A stretch of DNA of 64,000 nt from Nitrospirota bacterium. Its GTDB lineage: Bacteria > Nitrospirota > UBA9217. Position numbers and translations under genes: made by a program. Location: NCBI GenBank assembly GCA_963751455.1, contig CAVVUN010000006.1, positions 160,001-224,000 on the forward strand, in the 5' to 3' direction. Each line of letters begins with the position of its first letter. The first letter of the stretch is position 1. Of this stretch, positions 48,395 to 58,614 are shown one piece after another. The notes below the pieces were generated by a model. It worked only from the letters and a program-made list of their open reading frames with translations, searched no databases and was not told the origin of the DNA.

Positions 48395-49540
48395 TCAAAC
48401 TTGAGCCTTCTTCGAAAAAGATAATTTATTATAAGGTGTCACATCCGGCGGTCCCGGGGCTACATGGAATTCCGGCTCTTCAGACAGGACCATAATTGTA
48501 GAGGCAAACGTAAAAGCATATTCCTGCCCTTTCGGCCTGCAGACAGGATATTCTACTGAATCGTGCGACGTGAGAGCCTCCTTCACAAATGGAACGCCCC
48601 ATCCAACTGAATCAACTGTAAACCTCCGCTCCAGGGCTTGCAGCCGATTCCGTGTGTTCGGCTCAACATTTTCCAGATTGGTCCCTCTTTCCAGCAGTGC
48701 GCGGTAATCCGAAATGTAATCGTCGTTGACCAGGGGATGGTTGGTATGCCACACGACGTCCTCTCTCCTGCTCGGCTTAAAACGGCTGATCTGTCCGGCC
48801 GAACATTCGAAGCTGTAAACATTGGTCGGCCCGCCGAGGACATAGTTTTGTCCCGAAGCATGTTTGATACGATGGAGAAATCCGATTGCTTCGTCCTCGG
48901 TGCGCTGCTGCAGCACGCCCCGGACAACGCAGGCAACCGGCAATCCATCACGGCAGTTGTTTAACTGGGGCAGCATATTGCAGCAGATTCCGATTGCTTT
49001 GTTATTCATGCCGTTCAAGCCAATGCAGCCCGCAAGAGTCAAGACATATGATTCCATGTCAAGGTCCTGGTGCTTGATATGCAGGACCAACTGGAATCCA
49101 TCAGTATAAGACTCGATATCCATATTCTGCGCAATGCAGGCTGCCTGCTGATCTCTCATGCTGAACCCCAGGCTGCTGCAACGGTCTTGCGCAATCGTTT
49201 TTCCGTTGGCGTAGCATTCATCTGCGAGCTGAAAAACAAACATCGTGTCGAAGTCAACGCCCGCGCCTTCTGCAATACCTTTGATTTCCTCCAAGAGCTC
49301 CGGTGTCCATATTCGCACCGCAGCAGCATAATCCGACCGGCTGACGAAACGCTTGATGAAGGCGTCCGCCTCAATCTTGGAATGCCGCGCAAGCTCTATT
49401 TTCCACAGATGCAGCAGCTCGTGAATTTGTTCTCTCATGGTCCTGCCGTGGATCAAACCTCGGTTGCGGGGCGTACCCTCCAGGGGCAACACCTTGAGTT
49501 TGCCGGAGACTTCTATGGCTGGGGGTGCCTGACCCTTCAT
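48395..49540 (-). CDS. C45-family autoproteolytic acyltransferase/hydrolase (Ntn)
   Basis: G..HG, EEIKGIAEGAG, nucleophile CSS, AQNMD, GMN..., HTNH. Confidence 0.85.
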   Translation of the reverse strand: MKGQAPPAIEVSGKLKVLPLEGTPRNRGLIHGRTMREQIHELLHLWKIELARHSKIEADAFIKRFVSRSDYAAAVRIWTPELLEEIKGIAEGAGVDFDTMFVFQLADECYANGKTIAQDRCSSLGFSMRDQQAACIAQNMDIESYTDGFQLVLHIKHQDLDMESYVLTLAGCIGLNGMNNKAIGICCNMLPQLNNCRDGLPVACVVRGVLQQRTEDEAIGFLHRIKHASGQNYVLGGPTNVYSFECSAGQISRFKPSRREDVVWHTNHPLVNDDYISDYRALLERGTNLENVEPNTRNRLQALERRFTVDSVGWGVPFVKEALTSHDSVEYPVCRPKGQEYAFTFASTIMVLSEEPEFHVAPGPPDVTPYNKLSFSKKAQV

Positions 49541-49607
49541 ACCTTCATCTCCTCCGCTTATGAGTGGGAAGTCATGAACCTTGGTCTCGTCGTGCCGGGT
49601 GGAGTAA

Positions 49608-50342
49608 TCATGCCATCTCCCCACAATAGATAAAAGATGTCACGCAAAAGAAATATTGCCCCTTCGCGTTGTTCTCAATCAATTCGCAATGCAACCTTTC
49701 ATACTCCACTGTACTGATCCTGCCCTTATCAATCAACTTCGCGATATCCTGCATGCGGTCGAAACCGTATTTACCCGGCTCATAACACGTCTCAATAAGA
49801 TTAAAGGAATCCGGCTTCCCTCGAAACTTCCTGCTGCCCTCAAAAAATCCCCAAAGTTTTCTTCCCATTTGGCTGTCGCAATCATCCATCCATGGCTGTT
49901 TCCAGTTGGAAAAAGCTGAGATTGCTTTCCGGGCGATGTCTTTGCTTTCGACGTCATATAGCATCGTGTCCCAATCCCAATGCGCTGCCAGCACTTTTCC
50001 GCCCGGTTTCAAAAGCCGATGGAATTCGTCGATTAGCGCCTTCTTGTTACTGATGCATTCAATGACATCAATTGTGACGATTAAATCAAAGGAGGCATCC
50101 GGTTGGCTAAGTTTACAGTCGAATTTTTCGCAGCCAAATTTGATGTTTGGGTATCTCTTGTTCGCCTCTTTGATGAATTGCTCGTTCCCGTCTATCCCGA
50201 GCAGATTGGATCCGGCGCCGACATTTCGGGAAATAAGTCCAAGCAAATCCCCTGCCCCGCAGCCAAAATCCAGGATGGAATATTGAGCGCTCGAAGACAG
50301 GTTTAGCTTTGAAACGCAATACTCAAATAAGCTTTTCTTCAT
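49608..50342 (-). CDS. class I SAM methyltransferase
   Basis: ILDFGCGAG, SFD, RLLKPGG, DWD. Confidence 0.88.
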   Translation of the reverse strand: MKKSLFEYCVSKLNLSSSAQYSILDFGCGAGDLLGLISRNVGAGSNLLGIDGNEQFIKEANKRYPNIKFGCEKFDCKLSQPDASFDLIVTIDVIECISNKKALIDEFHRLLKPGGKVLAAHWDWDTMLYDVESKDIARKAISAFSNWKQPWMDDCDSQMGRKLWGFFEGSRKFRGKPDSFNLIETCYEPGKYGFDRMQDIAKLIDKGRISTVEYERLHCELIENNAKGQYFFCVTSFIYCGEMA

Positions 50343-50343
50343 A

Positions 50344-50557
50344 CTAGTGTAGTGTCTCTTAAATGGACGGTGTTATGATGATTTCTCATCGAAAACTTAT
50401 CTTCGCATGAATATTTGCTGATGAATTTGTAGGGCGACCCTTTAGGGTTGCTGCTGTTCCGGCGCTTTCAGCAAGGCTAAAGCCTTGCCCTACAAGTTTG
50501 GTTGCGGCCTGCTGCCGCGCTATGATAACACCAGTCGTTTGTGAGACACTACACTAG
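50344..50557. mobile_element. IS630-type MITE (CTAGTGTAGTGTCTC inverted ends) containing a GTAG-type REP doublet
   Basis: Perfect 15-bp IR at 50344-50358 and 50543-50557, extending imperfectly to ~35 bp; internal GTAGGGCG.../...TGCCCTAC at 50429-50493. Confidence 0.75.
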
Positions 50558-50574
50558 ATTTAACCGCTCTGCAG

Positions 50575-51762
50575 CTACACAGACTTTCTTAAAAGCTCCC
50601 GAATTGCCCCACCCAGTCGGTTGATGCCTATCTCTATCGTAGGTTCATCCACGCATGAAAAATTAAGCCGCATGGTCCGGGTCCTTGTCCTATTGACATA
50701 AAACGGGTTGCCAGGCACAAAAATCACTTTTTCCTTTACGGCCAGGTTGAACAGGTCGAGCGACACGCAATCCCGGGGCAATTCCGCCCATATAAACATT
50801 CCCCCCTGCGGCGTGGTATGCGCCACTTCACGAGGAAAATGCTTCCGGATGCTCTGTATCATCGCCCTGCATTGGTTTCCGTAGGCTTCCCGGATTTTGC
50901 TTATATGTTTGTCTATATCGTAATCCATAAGATACTGGTAAATAATTGCCTGCGTAAACCCGCTTGTGTGGAGATCGGTTGCCTGCTTAGCGATCAGCAG
51001 TTTCTCCATAATTTGCTTTGGAGCAGCAATCCACCCCAGGCGGAACCCCGGGACAATGATTTTGGAGAACGAACCCAGGAGCACGGTAGTATCCGGCAGC
51101 AGCTCTTTGAACGACTTTCGGGCTTCGCCCTCGAACCTCAACTCGCCGTAAGGATCGTCTTCTATCAATATGGTCTTCGTGCGTTGAAGAAGTGCCGATA
51201 CCTCGCGCCTGTTTTCCTCCGAGTAGGATATGCCGGACGGATTCTGGAAATTGGGGACGATGTACATCAGCTTCGGTTTTTCCGATGACATAACCGCTCT
51301 CAGTTTGCCTGTATCCATTCCCGTTTCCGACACGGGTATGGGAAGAAACTTCGGTTTATAAATCGAAAAGGCCTGGATGGCGCCGAGATACCCCGGCTCT
51401 TCAATTATCAAACTGTCGCCATCGTTCAGGAATATCTTTCCCAGAAGATCAAGGCCTTGTTGTGAGCCGCTTGTAATCAGGATGTTTTCAACAGGAATAT
51501 CGATATGCTTCTGACGATATCGATCCGAGATATATTCCCTCAGCCCGGCATTTCCTTCAGAACTGCTGTACTGGTAAATATCCCTGCCATGCGTTCTGAA
51601 TACCTTGTTTGTCGCTTCCTGGATCTCTTCAGCGGGAAACAGCTCCCTGTTGGGCAGTCCTCCGGCAAAAGAGATTATCTCGCGGTCGAGCGTGACCTTC
51701 AGAATTTCGCGAATGAATGAACGCGGGACGTCAGCCATTCTGTCTGAAAAGAGGTCGTTCAT
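50575..51762 (-). CDS. PLP-dependent aminotransferase class I (LysN/Aro8-like)
   Basis: IREILK, ISFAGGLP, GSQQGLDL, FQNPSG, EDDPY, GSFSK..PGFRLGW, GGMF.W, RLNFS. Confidence 0.92.
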   Translation of the reverse strand: MNDLFSDRMADVPRSFIREILKVTLDREIISFAGGLPNRELFPAEEIQEATNKVFRTHGRDIYQYSSSEGNAGLREYISDRYRQKHIDIPVENILITSGSQQGLDLLGKIFLNDGDSLIIEEPGYLGAIQAFSIYKPKFLPIPVSETGMDTGKLRAVMSSEKPKLMYIVPNFQNPSGISYSEENRREVSALLQRTKTILIEDDPYGELRFEGEARKSFKELLPDTTVLLGSFSKIIVPGFRLGWIAAPKQIMEKLLIAKQATDLHTSGFTQAIIYQYLMDYDIDKHISKIREAYGNQCRAMIQSIRKHFPREVAHTTPQGGMFIWAELPRDCVSLDLFNLAVKEKVIFVPGNPFYVNRTRTRTMRLNFSCVDEPTIEIGINRLGGAIRELLRKSV

Positions 51763-51802
51763 TGTATATTCCCCCGTGGTTTTATCGATCCGATCACCCG
51801 AA

Positions 51803-52267
51803 TCATATTCTCCTTTTTTCAAGACAGACCAGCGCGACATGTTCACCCTGGAGTTTCTCCTGAAATTTGCGATACCCGAGTTTATCATATAAAACAAGAT
51901 TCTTCACGCTTTTATGACCGGTGTTCAACTCATAGCGCCGCGCGCCGCTGAACCTGTTTTCAATATCGAACATCAGCTTTTTCCCGATGCCCCTGTTTTG
52001 ATAATCGGGATGGACGATCAACCGGGATATGAAGCACGTATCCCCCTCTACTACGGCCCTGACAGATCCGACTATCCTGGACCCATTTATTGCTTTCAGG
52101 AACGAATATGTTTTGAAATCGCGAACCAGCTCCTCCAGCGTCTGCACGAGCGGAGGCAGCGATAAATCGTTATACAAAATCCCCTGGCGGTAAAAGGCCA
52201 GTTTCTGGACTTCCAATATCTCTTCGGCGTCGATTTCCAATGCATCACATATGTTAACGGTGATCAC
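51803..52267 (-). CDS. GNAT acetyltransferase
   Basis: IVGSVR, RLIVHPDYQNRGIG, N..LY.KLGY. Confidence 0.88.
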   Translation of the reverse strand: MITVNICDALEIDAEEILEVQKLAFYRQGILYNDLSLPPLVQTLEELVRDFKTYSFLKAINGSRIVGSVRAVVEGDTCFISRLIVHPDYQNRGIGKKLMFDIENRFSGARRYELNTGHKSVKNLVLYDKLGYRKFQEKLQGEHVALVCLEKRRI

Positions 52268-52420
52268 GCTGATATCCCTTCGATAGAAGACTACAAAGTC
52301 TGTCTCGTGCAAAGCCGTACCCTGCTACAGAACGCGGGCATGAACAAAATCCGCAAGAAGTAGAGCGTAGGGCATGCAGGTGCGTCTTTGCAAATAAATC
52401 ACTGTTCTTAAGCTCTTTAT

Positions 52421-53236
52421 TTAAATTTTCGTTCCCATAGTATACAGCACGCCCACGTCGAGCCATATCCCGTCACCGGTTCTGAGATTCTCGATTTCCT
52501 GCAGATGTTCCCGCTTGAACCGCGCCTGATCGTCAGGCTTGAGCTGGCTCACCATCCTTCGAAAGCCCGCATTCCAAATCAGATACCACCACTGTTCCGC
52601 ATTCTCGAGGTAATAGCCGACATTCTTTGTTTCGACACGAATGTCCGTGAGGCCGGCCTTTTGGAACAGCTCTCTGCACCCCGCTTCGTTCGCAATGCGT
52701 TTCCAGGTCTGAGGCGGCACCTGTACCCCGTACTGAACCAACCGATTTACCATCAAATCCTTAAGCGTATAAAAGTAATTCTCCTGAAAATTGGATATCA
52801 TGATCCTGCCACCGGGCTTTACGACCGAAGCGATATGCTTGAGCTGAGCATCCATGTCTTCGACAAAAAAGATACCGAAGGCGCAGATTGCCGCATCAAA
52901 GGTTTTTTCGGGAAAGCCGAGGCACGTCATGTCCCGTTCCAGGAACTCGGTGTTCCCGAGATTCTGCGAAGACGTTTTTTTGCGAGCCTGCTCAAGCATG
53001 CCGGGAGAAAAATCTACAGCTGTGACACGGCCGCTCGGAAGCTTCCGCGCAGCCGCCATTGAAGCGTGGCCGGTGCCGCATGCGACATCGAGCACCCATT
53101 CGTCGCCGCGCAGCCCCAGGAGCGCGGTCATGTGCTCGGCGCTTTTTGGAAAGAATCGAAGCGCTCCCCCATCGTAGCCGCCGGATACGGCGTCAAAAGT
53201 TTCTTTCAACATTGCCTTTCGCTGCTTTTCGTCCAT
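52421..53236 (-). CDS. UbiE-like class I SAM methyltransferase
   Basis: VLDVACGTG, VDFSPGML, FD...CAFGIFF, VKPGG. Confidence 0.9.
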   Translation of the reverse strand: MDEKQRKAMLKETFDAVSGGYDGGALRFFPKSAEHMTALLGLRGDEWVLDVACGTGHASMAAARKLPSGRVTAVDFSPGMLEQARKKTSSQNLGNTEFLERDMTCLGFPEKTFDAAICAFGIFFVEDMDAQLKHIASVVKPGGRIMISNFQENYFYTLKDLMVNRLVQYGVQVPPQTWKRIANEAGCRELFQKAGLTDIRVETKNVGYYLENAEQWWYLIWNAGFRRMVSQLKPDDQARFKREHLQEIENLRTGDGIWLDVGVLYTMGTKI

Positions 53237-53313
53237 ATTCGGTCCTTTCGATGCACATATTTATATTGAAGCTTTCTTCCGCCAGGCTGATGCGATGCAG
53301 CATTCAAAAATAT

Positions 53314-53411
53314 AGACCCATCCTCACCTAGCCTCCCCTTGAAGGCCTTCAAGGGGAGGAACTCCATATCTTCTCCCCCTTCAAGGGGGAGATTGAGAGG
53401 GGGATGGGTCT
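53314..53411. repeat. CCCCTT(G/C)AAGGGG palindromic intergenic repeat; half copy at 57225-57264
   Basis: Outer IR agacccatcc/ggatgggtct enclosing two internal hairpins. Confidence 0.7.
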
Positions 53412-53442
53412 CTTAGGCGTTTACGTTAATCTGAACATCTCG

Positions 53443-54573
53443 CTAATAGTTCATCGCCTGCTCGAGATCCTCGATCAAATCATCCGCCTGCTCGATGCCT
53501 ACCGACAGCCGCAAAAGCGAATCGGAAATTCCTATCCTCTTTCGTTCTTCAGCAGAAATCTTTGCGTGGGATGTGACAGCGGGCGCGCAGATAGTCGATT
53601 CAATGCCTCCGAGACTGACCGCCGGTTTTATGATACAAAGTTTTCGAATAAGCTTGTCTGCATCCGTTTTTGCTTCATAAAGCTCGAACGACAGCATAGC
53701 GCCAAATCCATCCATTTGAGATTTCGCAAGCTGGTGATAGGCCGAACTCGTAAGACCGGGATAATTAACCCGCCTGACTTTCGGGTGCCTTTCTAAGAAT
53801 CCGGCAATCCTACGCGCATTTTCAGTCTGCCTTTCGACCCTGATCGCAAGCGTTTTGAGACTTCGTTCGAGCAGAGCGCACGTTGCAGCATTCAGGCTTC
53901 CGCCGAGGCTCAGCGCGACAGTGCGGATGCGTCCCGCCTTTTCCTTCGTCGTAACCGCTATGCCACAACAAATGTCGCTATGGCCCCCCAGGTATTTGGT
54001 CCCGCTATGTACGACCACATCGATGCCCAGTTTACATGGATTCTGATATAACGGCGTGGCGAAGGTGTTATCGATAATCGTGACGACGCCCCGGTCCCGG
54101 CAAAACTCCGCGACTTTCCGGATATCGATCACGCTTAAGAGCGGATTGGTCGGCGATTCGATTACCACGACTTTCGTGTTTCGCTGTACGGCCCGGCAAA
54201 TTGCGTCGGCATCGGTAGGCGCAAAGTCAATATCAATCCCAAACCTTTTGAATTGACCGGTTGCGAAGGCATGCGTTCCGCCGTAGAGCTCGTCCATCAT
54301 TACCACGTGGTCTCCGGCGCCTGCAAAAGCAATAATAGACGTGCTCATCGCTGCCATGCCGGAGCTGAAGAGCACGCCGCTTTCAGCACCCTCCAAAGCG
54401 CACACCTTATCGACCACCACTCGCTGGTTCGGGGTATTGAAGTAGCGCGGGTAGGCGACTGCTTCCTGATCGAGATACCCGAAAGCCGACGACGTGAAAA
54501 TGGGCGAGTTCACTCCGTTGAACATGGCATCATGGATAGAACCGCTGTGCACGCATTGAGTTTCTTTTTTCAT
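53443..54573 (-). CDS. Cys/Met metabolism PLP enzyme (cystathionine gamma-synthase/lyase family)
   Basis: Y.R..NTP, FSSGMAA, ESPTNP, DNTFATP, HSGTKYLGGHSD, SLGG.ES, RLSVGIE. Confidence 0.93.
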   Translation of the reverse strand: MKKETQCVHSGSIHDAMFNGVNSPIFTSSAFGYLDQEAVAYPRYFNTPNQRVVVDKVCALEGAESGVLFSSGMAAMSTSIIAFAGAGDHVVMMDELYGGTHAFATGQFKRFGIDIDFAPTDADAICRAVQRNTKVVVIESPTNPLLSVIDIRKVAEFCRDRGVVTIIDNTFATPLYQNPCKLGIDVVVHSGTKYLGGHSDICCGIAVTTKEKAGRIRTVALSLGGSLNAATCALLERSLKTLAIRVERQTENARRIAGFLERHPKVRRVNYPGLTSSAYHQLAKSQMDGFGAMLSFELYEAKTDADKLIRKLCIIKPAVSLGGIESTICAPAVTSHAKISAEERKRIGISDSLLRLSVGIEQADDLIEDLEQAMNY

Positions 54574-54614
54574 CTAATTCTCTCTTTCTTTTTTAACCGG
54601 TCGAGATGCGCCTA

Positions 54615-55175
54615 TCAGCCTTTGCAGTCTATTACCGTGCGCGAAGTGTCAAAGGACAGCATATAATAGCTTCTGCCTGAGAAGTCGAAAGCATCGACCA
54701 CTGTCATACCCAGCTTGCTGTGAGCGTTGTACGAGCGCTCGTTTGCACGATTAATAAACGTTACGCCGATCGGGAAGCGTGAAGCGAATTCGCTCCGCAT
54801 TTCCTCGAACAGTAAAGGAAATATCCCTGATCCGCGCAACGCAGAGTTGATGCAGACAGGACCATACTGAAAGCTGCAATCACGGATCCGGTTTGATAAG
54901 GAGAGCGATACAAGCCGTTCCTCCATGAACGGAAAGATGGGCCACTGCGAAAAATAACCCCATGACCCAGCCATGGCATAACCGGCGATTTCTCCCTGCT
55001 GCTCGGCTACGAAAACCCCGCGTTCCGACATCAATTCTACTAAATTATTTTCCGAGAACGGCGTGCTTACAAAGCCCTGCTTCCTTTCATCTGGAGAGAG
55101 ATTATCGTACAGGTTTATCCTTTGAAGGTCGATGATCCCGCTGATATCATTTCCGTTTCCGATCCTGGTGATCAT
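54615..55175 (-). CDS. GNAT-fold acetyltransferase
   Basis: QGFV.T, QYGPVCI....RGSG, TFIN..N.RS..AH. Confidence 0.8.
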   Translation of the reverse strand: MITRIGNGNDISGIIDLQRINLYDNLSPDERKQGFVSTPFSENNLVELMSERGVFVAEQQGEIAGYAMAGSWGYFSQWPIFPFMEERLVSLSLSNRIRDCSFQYGPVCINSALRGSGIFPLLFEEMRSEFASRFPIGVTFINRANERSYNAHSKLGMTVVDAFDFSGRSYYMLSFDTSRTVIDCKG

Positions 55176-55492
55176 AGTATTCCCTCTTTTTCTCCCTCTG
55201 TCGTCAGGTCCCGTACCACTAGTAGTGCATCGGTCAACGCCCAAATGACGACCAGATCGTTACAGCCCGGTAAAAATTTCGTTCCGTCATGCAGAATGTG
55301 ATCATTATAGTCATGTTTGAGCGTTATCCATATCGTACCCTGCACGCATAAGACCTCCATGGATCGCCTCGAATTTTCAACTGTCAATACGGCATGTTCA
55401 GGCAAAAAAACTCGCCGGTGATCCATCCGTTCGCGGGCTCCGCGATTTATGAGCGTCGTCCGGTTTCTTTTATGCCCGAGCCGGGATATCAT
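55172..55492 (-). CDS. DUF2917-like small protein (start uncertain, 55426 possible)
   Basis: CVQGTIWIT......DHIL..G..F; divergent from a MocR regulator. Confidence 0.75.
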   Translation of the reverse strand: MISRLGHKRNRTTLINRGARERMDHRRVFLPEHAVLTVENSRRSMEVLCVQGTIWITLKHDYNDHILHDGTKFLPGCNDLVVIWALTDALLVVRDLTTEGEKEGIL

Positions 55493-55522
55493 GCTTTCTA
55501 TGATAAATCAGGCGCGGCACGA

Positions 55523-55637
55523 ATAACAGATGCAGTGCGAGTCATTTGACTACATAACAGTTTTAATAACCATAAACTGTACCGGTTCGTTGAGGGACAA
55601 ATTGTACCTTGCTCGGATAGCAGGTCTCAGGTACAAT
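55523..55637. promoter_or_regulatory. probable MocR binding repeats
   Basis: ATAACAG x2 (55523, 55554); AAA(C/T)TGTACC x2 (55574, 55599); inverted GGTACAAT (55630) overlapping a TACAAT -10. Confidence 0.55.
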
Positions 55638-55662
55638 GCTCTAAAATACGCCGGACAGAACC

Positions 55663-57087
55663 ATGAAAACTACGACCCTATACGAAGAAGTCTCAGCCAG
55701 CATCGAGCACCTCATTTCCCACGGCACGTATCGTACAGGAGATAGAATCCCGTCCGTGCGCGCGTTGAGCAGCCAGATGAAGGTGAGCATTGCAACCGTA
55801 ATGGAGGCCTACCGGCTGCTTGAAGACCGCAGCCTGATCGAATGCCGCCCCCAGTCGGGATATTACGTCAAACCGTTTTTTTTCCCGAACCTCCCTGAAC
55901 CGGAAATATCCAAACCGGCAATTAAGCCCACAAGGGTGAGCACGAATGAGCTTACGATGATGGTGATGCAGGATACGCGCAACCAGGATCTCATCCTACT
56001 GGGGGCCGCCGTTCCCAATCCCGCGCTGCTTCCCGTAGCCCGCCTCAACAGAACCCTCTCCTCCGTTACCCGGCGTTACGGCGCACGCAGCATCTCTTAC
56101 GAGTTCGCCCCCGGAATAGAGACACTCCGGGTCCAAATTGCCAAACGCGCGCTGGCTGCAGGATGTTCGCTTACCCCGGAGGATATCATTATCACCTCCG
56201 GATGCCAGGAGGCGATCATATTGGCGCTTCAGATTATCTGCCGTCCCGGCGACACCGTCGCAATCGAGTCTCCCACGTTTTATAATTTTTTTCAGGCAAT
56301 CGAGGCATTCGGGCTCCGGGCCCTCGAAATTCCGACTCATCCGCGGGACGGAGTCAGCATCGAAACGCTTCGCCGCGTGATGAAGAGGAACAGGGTGCGC
56401 GCCGGCCTCTTTACTCCGAACTTCAACAATCCGCTCGGAAGCTGCATGCCCGACGCCCGCAAGCAGGAACTGGTCGAACTCTTCGCGGACCGCAATGTTC
56501 CCCTCATTGAAGACGACATATACGGCGATCTCGCCTATTCCGTCAACCGCCCGAAGATAGCAAAGGCATTCGACAAAAAAGGGAATGTGCTCCTGTGCTC
56601 GTCATTTTCAAAGACTCTGGCGCCGGGTTACCGTATAGGATGGATCGCGCCGGGAAGATTTCGGGCCGACGTCCTCCACCTGAAATCGGTGAGCAATCTC
56701 GGCACAGCAACTCCCACACAGCTTGCCCTGGCCGCTTTTCTGGCAGACGGCGGCTATGACCGGCATTTACGAAAGATCCGGAAAATCTATGCCCAAAACG
56801 CGGTTCACATGGCCGACGCCGTGAGAAGACAGTTCCCGGAGGGAACGAGAGTGACCCGTCCTTCAGGCGGACACGTTCTTTGGGTGGAGCTGCCCGGCCG
56901 GACCGACTCCCTTATCCTGTATGAAAAAGCGCACAGAGCCGGCATCGCGATAGCCCCGGGGCCGATATTTTCCTCTCAGCGAAAGTACCGGAACTTCATA
57001 CGCTTGAATTCCGCATTCTGGTCAGACCAGATCGAGGAAGCCGTAGCGCTCCTGGGCAGTTTCGCAAAGGGGATGCACGCAAGATAA
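55663..57087 (+). CDS. MocR/GabR-family PLP-dependent GntR regulator
   Basis: GDRIPSVR, TV..AY..LE, PQSGYYV; aminotransferase-like domain with EDDIY and SFSKTLAPGYRIGW. Confidence 0.95.
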   Translation: MKTTTLYEEVSASIEHLISHGTYRTGDRIPSVRALSSQMKVSIATVMEAYRLLEDRSLIECRPQSGYYVKPFFFPNLPEPEISKPAIKPTRVSTNELTMMVMQDTRNQDLILLGAAVPNPALLPVARLNRTLSSVTRRYGARSISYEFAPGIETLRVQIAKRALAAGCSLTPEDIIITSGCQEAIILALQIICRPGDTVAIESPTFYNFFQAIEAFGLRALEIPTHPRDGVSIETLRRVMKRNRVRAGLFTPNFNNPLGSCMPDARKQELVELFADRNVPLIEDDIYGDLAYSVNRPKIAKAFDKKGNVLLCSSFSKTLAPGYRIGWIAPGRFRADVLHLKSVSNLGTATPTQLALAAFLADGGYDRHLRKIRKIYAQNAVHMADAVRRQFPEGTRVTRPSGGHVLWVELPGRTDSLILYEKAHRAGIAIAPGPIFSSQRKYRNFIRLNSAFWSDQIEEAVALLGSFAKGMHAR

Positions 57088-57305
57088 AAAGCTGCATAGC
57101 GACGGACACGCATAACATAAATAACAATGTTCAGCGGTCCACATTCTCCTGCCTTCGCCCCGGCAGTCGGTATTAAAAAATCTACTCATCAATAGCAGTG
57201 CCCGGCCAATTCTTGCGGTTTCAATTCCCTCCCCTTCAAGGGGAGGGCCAGGGTAGGGATGGGGTAAAAAGTGGCGACGGGCTCCATACAAGGATTCATC
57301 CCCCC

Positions 57306-57638
57306 TTATAAATACTCCTTCCTTATCGGAGACCAGGCATCCACTGCCGTGCAGGGCTTGTCCCCGGTCGTAACCGAGTGCCTGATTTTAGAAGGAATGG
57401 CGATCACTTCCCCGGCATTGATATTCACTTTTTTGCCCTGGTACAGGAACGTCAGGCTGCCTTCAAGCACGAGCGTGATCTGCTCGGCCTCGTGGGAATG
57501 CTCGGGAAACACGGTATTCGCCTCCATCTCGAAATACGTAAGCATGGCTTTTTGGAGCGCTATTGCCCACATCACCGCTCCCGGCACTGCGGGCTTCAAT
57601 TTCAATTTGTCCCTGGTATAGATTGCCACTTCGTTCAT
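57306..57638 (-). CDS. cupin domain protein
   Basis: PEHSH..EQ...VL.G, IP....HS, D.WSP.R.EY. Confidence 0.88.
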   Translation of the reverse strand: MNEVAIYTRDKLKLKPAVPGAVMWAIALQKAMLTYFEMEANTVFPEHSHEAEQITLVLEGSLTFLYQGKKVNINAGEVIAIPSKIRHSVTTGDKPCTAVDAWSPIRKEYL

Positions 57639-57750
57639 TCGCCTCCTCCGGGTTGCTCAATTTTTGTCAAAGAGAAATATCCGACAGAAGGAACATGTCC
57701 ATATTTAAAGATCTGCCATAAGACTTTGATCGATTTCGGCAACGCCATCA

Positions 57751-58614
57751 TTAGGTCTTCTCCTTATTCAGATGATTGCGCAAGTCGGGATGAAATTTTC
57801 CGCTCATTACCCCGGCAACTTCTCCTGTCATCAAAACATGTCCGTCCTCCCGTATTAAAATGTCGATAACTCCGCCAGGCATGTTCACTGCCACGTTTCT
57901 GTCAACTCTTCCCAGCCGGAACATGGCGCTCGCTGCCGCGCAACTTCTGCTTCCCGAGGCCGTGGTGTATCCTGCTCCGCGTTCCCAGATCTCGATCCTG
58001 ACGGCGTTTCTGTCGATCACCTGCACGAGCTGCAGATTGATCCTGTTCGGAAACATCCCGTGCCGCTCCACGCACGGCCCGATTCTTATAGCCAGCTCCC
58101 TGGACGGCTCAGAAACCGGTATGACGCAGTGCGGATTGCCGATTGACAGACAGGTCATGCGATACGACTCGCCTCGAATCGTCAACTCTTCATCCACCAC
58201 GTCGCGTTCCGGCCCGGCAACCGGGATGCCGGTGCTTTTGAACGTCACTGTCCCCATATCAACCGAAATCCTGTTCCCGCTTTGATCCAGAATCTCCACA
58301 CTGACAAGGCCGCCCCGTGTATTAAGCTCGAATCTGCGTTCCGCTGCATAGCCGGTGTCGATGAGATATTTGGAAAATATTCTGATTCCGTTCCCGCTCT
58401 TTTCAGCCTCGCTGCCGTCAGGATTGAATATCCTCAACCCGGTCTCGCCGTTTTCAACCAGGGGGCCGAGCAGTATCCCATCGGAACCCACTCCCGTATG
58501 CCGGTCACAGATCATCCTGATCGCATCCGGAGTGAGTTCTATCTGGGTTTCGCCGGGATCGATAACGATATAGTCGTTTCCGAGGGCGTGGTACTTATGA
58601 AAATCAGCATTCAT
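57751..58614 (-). CDS. dapF: diaminopimelate epimerase family protein with Ser at both catalytic Cys positions
   Basis: KYHALGNDY, G.DG, FNPDGSEAEKSGNGIR, VDMG, GNPH, WERGAG.T.ASGS. Confidence 0.8.
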   Translation of the reverse strand: MNADFHKYHALGNDYIVIDPGETQIELTPDAIRMICDRHTGVGSDGILLGPLVENGETGLRIFNPDGSEAEKSGNGIRIFSKYLIDTGYAAERRFELNTRGGLVSVEILDQSGNRISVDMGTVTFKSTGIPVAGPERDVVDEELTIRGESYRMTCLSIGNPHCVIPVSEPSRELAIRIGPCVERHGMFPNRINLQLVQVIDRNAVRIEIWERGAGYTTASGSRSCAAASAMFRLGRVDRNVAVNMPGGVIDILIREDGHVLMTGEVAGVMSGKFHPDLRNHLNKEKT

